Assembly (NCBI GenBank): GCA_041645555.1
Contig: JBAZPX010000001.1
Location: forward strand, 22,505-86,504
Reading direction: 5' to 3'
Origin: Patescibacteria group bacterium
GTDB lineage: Bacteria; Patescibacteriota; Patescibacteriia; Patescibacteriales; JAQTRU01
Length of the DNA stretch: 64,000 bases
This document shows, piece after piece, positions 1-8,190 of the stretch (positions are counted from its first letter, which is position 1; every line of letters starts with the position of its first letter). The notes under the pieces were generated by a model that was not told the origin of the DNA, did no database searches, and saw only the letters and a list, made by a program, of their open reading frames with translations. The position numbers and the translations under genes were made by a program.

Positions 1-107
1 GGCCTATGAGCAATTTCTGGCGGGAAAGATACAATAATTTTCATGGGCGAGAAACAAATACGCTGGAGTTCCGTAAAAGGGGCTCCAGCGTAACAGGCTA
101 ACGCTGT

Positions 108-192
108 CCCCCTTAGCAAGGGGGATAAAGGGGGTTTAAGGTTTCGCCCGACCTCTCCCTTAAATCCCCCAACCCCCTTTGCCGAAAGGGGG
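108..192. repeat. cluster of C5/G5 short hairpins (cccccttagcaaggggg at 108-124; ccccctttgccgaaaggggg at 173-192)
   Basis: Perfect short palindromes read directly. Similar C-run/G-run hairpins recur at 23761-23790 and 48030-48053. Confidence 0.6.
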
Positions 193-236
193 CATATATT
201 TGCCTAAAATCAATAATTAAATTACAATAATAGTAT

Positions 237-914
237 ATGAGTTTTGAAAAACGCAGCAAAATAGAGACTGAAAAAGAGCCGAATATTAAAATTATTGGTT
301 CCAGCCAGGCACCCGAAGAATTAAAAGAAAATCCCTTTTTTAATGATTATCATTGGGGGATGGCTGATTGGGAAGAGGGAAAGTTATATTTGCCAGATAA
401 TTCCGATGAAGCTATAACTTTTTCCATCGCCTTTCATGAACTAGGGCATCTAGTAGATAAGGGAAGAATCAAGCCAAGCATTAAAAATTTTGAAGGAACC
501 TATCAAGAGGAATTAAGAGCCTGGGAAGAGGGCTGGAAATATTTAGAGAAATATCTTCCTAATTATTATGATGATCCAAAATCTATTGAAGATTTAAAAA
601 TTGTCGTGGAAAAAGTTAAACAAAAAATGATGGATATCGCTCTTTTGTCTAAGCCATTCTACCAAGAGCCAGGAGCGGACCAAAATCAAGAGTCAGAGGC
701 AGATGATAATGAACGAAGAAAATCTTTTTTAAAAACAGAACAAGGCCAGCGGATTAAAGCTGAAATTGATGGCTTAAAAGGATTTGTTGAAGAGACGCTT
801 GTTAGTTCAGGTAAAGAATCCTTTTTGAAAAAAATTGATTGGGACAGATTTATTAAGATTATTAAAATGGCTTTAATTGATATAGAAAAAGATAATAAAG
901 ATAATGCATCATAA
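237..914 (+). CDS. hypothetical protein with HExxH (HELGH) metallopeptidase-like motif
   Basis: 225-aa ORF with HELGH at aa 67-71 and no other family signature recognised. Its 3' end overlaps the next ORF by 11 nt. Confidence 0.5.
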   Translation: MSFEKRSKIETEKEPNIKIIGSSQAPEELKENPFFNDYHWGMADWEEGKLYLPDNSDEAITFSIAFHELGHLVDKGRIKPSIKNFEGTYQEELRAWEEGWKYLEKYLPNYYDDPKSIEDLKIVVEKVKQKMMDIALLSKPFYQEPGADQNQESEADDNERRKSFLKTEQGQRIKAEIDGLKGFVEETLVSSGKESFLKKIDWDRFIKIIKMALIDIEKDNKDNAS

Positions 915-2016
915 AAATATGGCCAAACCAGTAGTCTTTTCCGGAGTTCAGCCTAGCGGCAATTTGCATCTTGGCAATTATCTGGGTGCGATTGCCCAGT
1001 GGGTTTTAATGCAAGAAAAAAATCAATGCATTTTTTGCGTGGTTGATTATCATGCCATTACGGTTAAGCAGGAGCCGGAAGTGCTTAAGGAAAAAATTAT
1101 TGAAGTGGCTAAAATTTATTTAGCGTCAGGCATAGACCCGAAAAAATCAATTATTTTTCAGCAGTCTGATATTAGCGCGCATACGGAGTTGACTTGGATT
1201 CTAAATTGCGTCGCCAGGATGTCTGATTTATTTAGAATGACACAGTTTAAAGATAAGACAAAAGTTGATCTTGAAAAAATCATTGAAGAAGTAGAAAAAA
1301 GAATAATAGCCCAAAGTGAAACCCTTATTGTATCGTCAGAAATTAATAAATTAATCAAAGAATTATGTATTAGTTTAGGCAACATTCGCAAATCTGGTCT
1401 CGGGCTTTTTGATTATCCAGTTCTAATGGCCTCTGATATTTTGCTTTATAATACCGATGCGGTGCCGGTCGGAGAAGACCAGGCTCAGCACGTTGAACTT
1501 TGCCGAACTTTAGGGCGTAGGTTTAATTCGCAGTTCGGGGAGACTTTTAAAATCCCGGAAGTGGTTATTAGGAAAGAAGGGGCGCGGATTATGGGATTGG
1601 ACGACCCGAGTAAAAAAATGAGTAAGAGCGCGGAAAGCGAATATAATTATATTGGCTTAACGGATAAGCCGGAGGTAGCGGCTAAGAAAATTATGAAAGC
1701 CGTGACTGATTCAGGGCATGAAATTAAATATGACGAAAAAGCCAAACCGGCTATTTCTAACTTGTTAACTATTTATTCTTTACTAACTGATGAGCCCATG
1801 AAGAAACTGGAAGCTAAATACAAAGGCAAGGGCTATGGAGATTTTAAAAAAGACTTGGCCGAGGTAGTAAAGAAGTTCTTGACAGATTTTCAGGAAAGGT
1901 ATAAAAAGATTAGTGACAAAGAAGTAGAAAAGATTCTGGAAGACGGGGCGAAGAAAGCCGAATTAATAGCGAATGAGACTTTAAAAAGAGTAAAGGAGAA
2001 GATTGGAATTATTTAA
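904..2016 (+). CDS. trpS: tryptophan--tRNA ligase (class I) with an internal ~35-45 aa insertion
   Basis: Motifs SGVQPSGNLHLGNYLGA (HIGH-type), KMSKS, FDYPVLMASDILLY and QHVELCR. An alternative start at 922 (MAKPVVFSG) is equally plausible. Confidence 0.9.
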   Translation: MHHKNMAKPVVFSGVQPSGNLHLGNYLGAIAQWVLMQEKNQCIFCVVDYHAITVKQEPEVLKEKIIEVAKIYLASGIDPKKSIIFQQSDISAHTELTWILNCVARMSDLFRMTQFKDKTKVDLEKIIEEVEKRIIAQSETLIVSSEINKLIKELCISLGNIRKSGLGLFDYPVLMASDILLYNTDAVPVGEDQAQHVELCRTLGRRFNSQFGETFKIPEVVIRKEGARIMGLDDPSKKMSKSAESEYNYIGLTDKPEVAAKKIMKAVTDSGHEIKYDEKAKPAISNLLTIYSLLTDEPMKKLEAKYKGKGYGDFKKDLAEVVKKFLTDFQERYKKISDKEVEKILEDGAKKAELIANETLKRVKEKIGII

Positions 2017-2106
2017 AAAAGCGCAAAAACACAAAAACACCTGCCCGCCACGTATGTGCAGGCATCGAAGGTGGTAGAAAGCTAAAAAGGCTAAAATTAT
2101 TTAAAT

Positions 2107-2514
2107 ATGATAGAATCATTTCCGGGACAATTAAAGCCAAGAGAAATTCCTCCGGCAGAAGAAACTAGGGGGAAAGAACCCGGTGTTGAGGCCGATGAAA
2201 AAGAAAAAGACAGGGAGTTTTCTGAATTGGTTTTGGCAGCAAGAAAAAAAGCAGATGATATCTTAGAAGAGGCTTTTAGAAAAAGACGAGAGGGTAAACT
2301 AAAGGAAGATTTAGAATTGGAAAAAGAAGCATATAGGATATTTGCCGCTTTAAATATTTTAGAAGTAGAAATTCCTGAAAATATAAGAACAGCAGTAAAG
2401 GGACAGCTAGAAAAAAGTGGAATAAAAGGGTTTATCAGCGAAAACTCCGCAAGAGATTTCCTTGAGGGTGTGGTTGGAAATACGCAGAGAAAAGAAGAAG
2501 CTGAAGCTGCTTAA
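2107..2514 (+). CDS. hypothetical highly charged (E/K-rich) protein
   Basis: 135-aa ORF followed by an intrinsic terminator; no recognisable motif. Confidence 0.45.
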   Translation: MIESFPGQLKPREIPPAEETRGKEPGVEADEKEKDREFSELVLAARKKADDILEEAFRKRREGKLKEDLELEKEAYRIFAALNILEVEIPENIRTAVKGQLEKSGIKGFISENSARDFLEGVVGNTQRKEEAEAA

Positions 2515-2537
2515 TATTTTAAAATAAAATTTTTTAA

Positions 2538-2575
2538 ACAAAAAACACGCGATTAAATTTGCGTGTTTTTTGTTA
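2538..2575. terminator. bidirectional intrinsic terminator
   Basis: Hairpin aaaaaacacgc/gcgtgtttttt (2540-2550 / 2561-2571) with an A-run on one side and a T-run on the other. It sits between the convergent plus-strand CDS and the minus-strand 16S transcript. Confidence 0.65.
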
Positions 2576-2599
2576 TTTTATTTATTTTAGTGATTTCAA

Positions 2600-2617
2600 T
2601 GCTAGCAGGCGCCAATT
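2600..2617 (-). other. 3' strand of the 16S precursor processing stem
   Basis: 18 nt perfectly complementary to 4368-4385 on the other side of the 16S gene. This is the classic RNase III-type stem flanking rRNA. Confidence 0.7.
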
Positions 2618-2670
2618 CTCCAATTGCCTTTTACAGCAAAAGGATCGACTTTTCGATTTTCACCGAATAT

Positions 2671-2734
2671 CTCCCTAGAAAGGAGGCCCGCCTCGCTGAG
2701 ACAAGCTCAGCTTGGCGAGGCGGGTGATCCATCC
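2671..2734 (-). repeat. second copy of the 16S 3' terminus (anti-SD included), split by a 38-nt GC-rich palindrome
   Basis: 2671-2686 (ctccctagaaaggagg) plus 2725-2734 (tgatccatcc) together equal the contiguous 26 nt at 2781-2806. The insert at 2687-2724 is cccgcctcgc...gcgaggcggg. Confidence 0.8.
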
Positions 2735-2787
2735 AAATGGACTTCTCATCCGCGGGCTTCAATTCTAATGAGATTTTTTTCTCCCTA

Positions 2788-4277
<1,490 letters not shown>

Positions 4278-4367
4278 TTTTTTACTTGGTTTACTATCCA
4301 AGAGAAATTTTTTTACAAAAATTTCTGATATTTGAGCTCCCGGTAAAACCGGGTAAAAATTATCCGA

Positions 4368-4385
4368 AATTGGCGCCTGCTAGCA
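4368..4385 (-). other. 5' strand of the 16S precursor processing stem
   Basis: Perfect 18-nt complement of 2600-2617. Confidence 0.7.
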
Positions 4386-4557
4386 CCAAAATTTTAATTT
4401 GAATTGTTCACCAAAATTTAATAGATTGTTAAAGGGCTTTCTTTCCCGGGAAATTATTCCCGAGTAAGCAGCAAAAAAACAGGAATATTAAGCTTTTATT
4501 AATATTACTGTTTCTTCACCTCCTCTTTATTATTCTTTTGTATTTTTTCGTATCTTT

Positions 4558-4586
4558 ATATTAAATCATTTCCAGATTAATGTCAA
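4558..4586 (-). promoter_or_regulatory. candidate sigma70-type promoter for the 16S transcript
   Basis: The minus strand reads TTGACA (4586-4581), a 17-nt spacer, then TAATAT (4563-4558), about 280 nt upstream of the mature 16S 5' end. Confidence 0.3.
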
Positions 4587-4705
4587 GGGATCTTATGAAC
4601 ATTATATCAACAGCCGGTTAAGTAGGTAAAAAATTTTAAATTTTACCGCTTTTTTAAGATAAATAATTTAATCCCAGCCGAACAAAATTATTGCCCGTTT
4701 TGAGT

Positions 4706-4715
4706 GGGGGGGGGG
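4706..4715. repeat. G10 homopolymer tract
   Basis: Ten consecutive G read directly. The tract sits exactly at the AT-rich to GC-rich composition boundary and abuts a TTGACG hexamer. Confidence 0.9.
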
Positions 4716-4716
4716 T

Positions 4717-4745
4717 TTGACGCAAGGGCTTTTCCGTGATACAGT
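4717..4745 (+). promoter_or_regulatory. candidate promoter for the beta-helix gene
   Basis: TTGACG (4717-4722), a 17-nt spacer, then TACAGT (4740-4745). This would leave a leader of over 200 nt before the ATG at 4972. Confidence 0.25.
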
Positions 4746-4971
4746 GAAAAATGCTCTTTTACAATTCCTGCACGGAGGCTTTGAAATCAACGCCGCCTTT
4801 GCAGGCTATATAGAAACATATAAAATCCCACACTATCCTTACGTTAGTTGGCTCACTCTAAAGAGGGAGGACATATTGGCTTTGAGGAAATCGGTGCATT
4901 ATGGAAGAAGTCGGATAAGCACGGTAAGGTTACGCTATTTCACTACTTCACTCACCTGGAAGGAGTATATC

Positions 4972-7140
4972 ATGAAGGGGAAACTGTTTTTCAGCGTCAT
5001 CGCGCTGATGTTAGCGATGGCAGTCGTCGGTAATGTCTATGGCGCAGCCCTGCAGGTTGGGGTTGGTCAGACATATACGATGATTCAGCCTGCTATTGAT
5101 GCTGCCAGTCCTGGCGACATCGTCAATGTGGAGGGGGGGAATTACACCGAACAAATCACGATAACCAAATCTCTGAGTCTGATTGGTGCGGGTGAAACAA
5201 CGACAACCATCCTCGCTCCGGCCGTGCGAACCGGCTCGGTGGTGCACAATGGAACCACCCACGACTACCTCCTGGCTGCCTATGCCACTGGCGGTACGAT
5301 TGATGTGCGCGTCCAGGGCTTTACGCTCGACGTAAACAGTAAGAACAAGACGCCAGGCACAGCGCAGATTGACGGAGTGTTCTTCCGCGATGTCAACGGC
5401 GCGAATGCCGGTCTTTTTTCCAGCACGATTCATAATTTCGCCGCTGCGCCGGCCTATGAAGGTTTCGGGGTGGTTGTGTATGGCGGTTCTCTTTTAACTT
5501 TGAATGACAATGATGTCAGCGATTACACGCGGGACGGCATCAGTATCAATCGTAACGGCGGCTCGGGATCAAATCCAAACGTGACGATCAGCGGGAACGC
5601 TGTCACGGGTACAGTCTCGGCGGCCTTGAATGGCATCAGTATTTCCACTGTTACCGCAGGCGCCGTGACGGGTAATACCGTCACCGGAAATTCCGGCAAC
5701 ATTCCAATGACCTGGGCGAGCGGAGGCATTGTTATTTGGACGTCTACCGGGGTACCTATCACCGGCAACCATGTCGACGGCAATTTCTACGGCATTGACC
5801 TCTACAATGGCAGCCATGATATAACAATCTCCGGAAACGAACTGACGGGCAACATCAAACGCGGCATCAGCTTGGGCGGTAATAGCCTGGGAACCAGTGT
5901 CGGTACGGATAATAGTACCGTGTCGGGCAATACGATTATCGGGCCTGTCGGCGGAACCGATGACGTGGCTATTGGCGTGGCCAATGGCTCCACGGGCAAT
6001 ATGATCGGCGGTCCAAACCCGGCAGACGGAAACACTATTACGATGGCCACGGCCGGCACCGGGAATCTCTATGCGATTCATATGGATGGAAGCATGGGCG
6101 CCGGTAGCAACACCATAAAGAACAATACTATTATCGGCGGCAAGCGCGCTGTGCAGTTTGACGGACCTCCGGGCGTCACCGGTCTCACCACCGTGGCGAA
6201 CAACGCAATTTCCAGCCAAGAATTCGGCGGCATTACGGCTTACAATACCGGCGACCTGGCCATCACCAACAACACCTTAACCAACGCGGTTCGTCCGATT
6301 GAGTTTTTTGGGCCTCGCGACGTAACGATTTCCGGCAATACTATCAACGGCTCCACTTTTGACGCCATAAATGCCGGAAGCTATACCGGAACAGTCATAG
6401 TTTCGGATAAAAACAAATTTATCAGTTTGCCGGCAGGTCCTCTCGCTCTCAATAATCAAGGCGCGGCAACGATCAACGCCGCCAACAACTACTGGGGTTC
6501 GGCTGCTAGTCCCGACGCTCTTGTGAGCGGTACCGTGGATTTCGATCCATGGTATATCGACGGGGAGATGCTTAATCTCTCCGATGCCGTGGCTGACGCA
6601 GATGATATCGCTGTTGCAACGGCGGACCCTCCTCCATTTGTGAATGTGGCCGCCAGCGTAACGGTTGATATTGTCGGCGCGGTTGGCACTGGCACAATCG
6701 TGACGTCCGCTTATTCGGCTGACCCTGTAACATCCACAACATTTTCGACCGCGCTTCCGGGAAAAGCAGCGTTGAAGTATGTTGACGTGCAGGTAACGGG
6801 CCTCACTGGCGGAACCGCCGTGATTACTGTTGATTACAGTGACGCGGAAGTGTCCGCAAAGGGCCTTGATGAAAATACGTTAATCCTGTACGTATGGTAT
6901 GGTGGCGCTTGGAATGCTCCAGTCTCTAGCCCAGGCAGAGATGTTATTAACAATAAAGTCTGGGGAACGTTCAACGTGACCGATTTAACCGGAGCGCCTG
7001 CTGCGCCGGGAGGTAGTCCTCCTCTTTCTGCTGCTATACCTACGTTGAATGAATGGGGACTCATTATCTTTGGTTCCCTAATCCTCGTAATAGCTGTAAG
7101 GTCCATAAGGAGGAAACAGCGTTTTGTAAATATTGCATAA
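4972..7140 (+). CDS. secreted right-handed parallel beta-helix repeat protein with IPTL-CTERM-like C-terminal sorting tail
   Basis: GGAAGGAG RBS at 4958-4965, then ATG 4972 and signal peptide MKGKLFFSVIALMLAMAVVGNVYGA. There are many (I/V)xGN...N beta-helix turns. The C-terminus is IPTLNEWGLIIFGSLILVIAVRSIRRKQR. The track ORF start at 4717 is rejected as a read-through of the leader. Confidence 0.8.
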   Translation: MKGKLFFSVIALMLAMAVVGNVYGAALQVGVGQTYTMIQPAIDAASPGDIVNVEGGNYTEQITITKSLSLIGAGETTTTILAPAVRTGSVVHNGTTHDYLLAAYATGGTIDVRVQGFTLDVNSKNKTPGTAQIDGVFFRDVNGANAGLFSSTIHNFAAAPAYEGFGVVVYGGSLLTLNDNDVSDYTRDGISINRNGGSGSNPNVTISGNAVTGTVSAALNGISISTVTAGAVTGNTVTGNSGNIPMTWASGGIVIWTSTGVPITGNHVDGNFYGIDLYNGSHDITISGNELTGNIKRGISLGGNSLGTSVGTDNSTVSGNTIIGPVGGTDDVAIGVANGSTGNMIGGPNPADGNTITMATAGTGNLYAIHMDGSMGAGSNTIKNNTIIGGKRAVQFDGPPGVTGLTTVANNAISSQEFGGITAYNTGDLAITNNTLTNAVRPIEFFGPRDVTISGNTINGSTFDAINAGSYTGTVIVSDKNKFISLPAGPLALNNQGAATINAANNYWGSAASPDALVSGTVDFDPWYIDGEMLNLSDAVADADDIAVATADPPPFVNVAASVTVDIVGAVGTGTIVTSAYSADPVTSTTFSTALPGKAALKYVDVQVTGLTGGTAVITVDYSDAEVSAKGLDENTLILYVWYGGAWNAPVSSPGRDVINNKVWGTFNVTDLTGAPAAPGGSPPLSAAIPTLNEWGLIIFGSLILVIAVRSIRRKQRFVNIA

Positions 7141-7162
7141 GGTTGCGGGGTGAATATAATTC

Positions 7163-7197
7163 GGGGACTGTCCACAGGACGGCCCCCTTTTTTATGT
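7163..7197 (+). terminator. intrinsic terminator of the beta-helix gene
   Basis: 11-bp stem (7163-7173 / 7177-7187, one mismatch), a 3-nt loop, then TTTTTTT. Confidence 0.7.
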
Positions 7198-7278
7198 GTC
7201 AGACATAATATAAGGGAATTTCTAAAAATTCTAGAATATCTTGCGATGAACTACACGGGAACAGTTGTTGTGCTAGTT

Positions 7279-7388
7279 GGGGTTTACCCCGTTAGAAATA
7301 ACACCCTTTTGTTTTATTTAGTGGGTTGGATTTCAGAATGATTTCGGCGGGATTTAGCACCCCGCTGGAATTTCTAACGGGGTTTACT
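7279..7388. repeat. inverted repeat pair ccccgttagaaat / atttctaacgggg with flanking direct ggggtttac
   Basis: 13-bp perfect inverted repeat (7287-7299 / 7370-7382). ggggtttac occurs at 7279-7287 and 7379-7387. Confidence 0.6.
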
Positions 7389-7602
7389 TTATTTATTATT
7401 TTTGCTACAATAGAAGCATATTTACACTCTATAGTCGGGTGATTTTTATTGTTTTAACCCCGCACCACAAAAGGGTGCGGGGCGACCCCACTTCGTCCCT
7501 AGTGTCTAAGGACTTCGAGGGGCAAGGACGAAGCGACATAGAATCTAAAGTTTTAAGACAAGCCTCTATGCTTGGAATGGAGTCGCACTTAATTCTTGAT
7601 AT

Positions 7603-8181
7603 ATGGCAAAAGAATCAGAAAAAAACAAAATAAAAAAAGAGAAAAAAGGTAAAATAGCGGTAAGAGTGAATAAAGAAGGGGGGGAAAAAAAAGAAATTGG
7701 TTCAGCCGAAAAATTACCAGAGCCTCGGGAAATAAAAATTGATAAAGAAAGAAAAAAAATAATTATTCCCGGCCAGGAGGAAAAAATTGAGCGCGATAAA
7801 AAATTAATGATGTGGGCGGGAGTGAGTTTTTTTATGGTTTTAATTTCGGCTTTTTGGATTTTAAATATAAAAAGTATTTTTAAAGAGATGAAGGTGGCGA
7901 AAGAGAACCCCCAGAAATTTGAATGGGAAAAAATTACCAATGAGTTTGACCAGACAATTGAGCAAATAAAGGAAGGGCTCGTGGAATTAAAACAAGCAGG
8001 TGTCTTGAATAATATCTCTACTACCACCAAAGATAGCGTGAACACAAATAATTTTTTGCCGATTAGCGAAAATATAGGGTCTTCTTCGCCCGCGGAGGCA
8101 GAATCGGGAGAGGAAGGAAACCTCGAAGAGTTAAGGAGTAGGTTAAAAGAGCTGGAGGGAAAAATAGAAAATAAAAATTAG
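7603..8181 (+). CDS. hypothetical K/E-rich single-pass membrane protein
   Basis: 192-aa ORF with one hydrophobic segment (LMMWAGVSFFMVLISAFWILNI); no family motif recognised. Confidence 0.5.
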   Translation: MAKESEKNKIKKEKKGKIAVRVNKEGGEKKEIGSAEKLPEPREIKIDKERKKIIIPGQEEKIERDKKLMMWAGVSFFMVLISAFWILNIKSIFKEMKVAKENPQKFEWEKITNEFDQTIEQIKEGLVELKQAGVLNNISTTTKDSVNTNNFLPISENIGSSSPAEAESGEEGNLEELRSRLKELEGKIENKN

Positions 8182-8190
8182 AGTTAATAT

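Noticed and set aside
1-44. Possible minus-strand gene start (ATG at 44-42 reading out of the window, MKIIVSFPPEIAHR...)
   Set aside because: Only 14 codons are visible, so it cannot be distinguished from chance.
4717-4971. N-terminal 85-aa extension of the 807-aa track ORF (TTG start at 4717)
   Set aside because: A strong RBS plus ATG at 4972 is followed at once by a textbook signal peptide. The upstream 255 nt has no start-site support and more likely holds the promoter and leader.
5011-7175. Seven antisense or alternate-frame ORFs (60-216 aa) inside the beta-helix gene
   Set aside because: They are a typical by-product of GC-rich coding sequence. They have no RBS or family motifs and fully overlap a well-supported secreted-protein ORF.
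7279-7388. Possible CRISPR repeat (gtttaccccgttagaaat-like sequence)
   Set aside because: Only two copies exist and they are in inverted, not direct, orientation. There is no spacer array and no cas gene in the window.
7150-7633. Small ORFs 7150-7341 and 7439-7633
   Set aside because: They span terminator, palindrome and inverted-repeat sequence (7163-7197, 7279-7388, 7459-7535). Their peptide sequences are repeat-derived and they have no start context.
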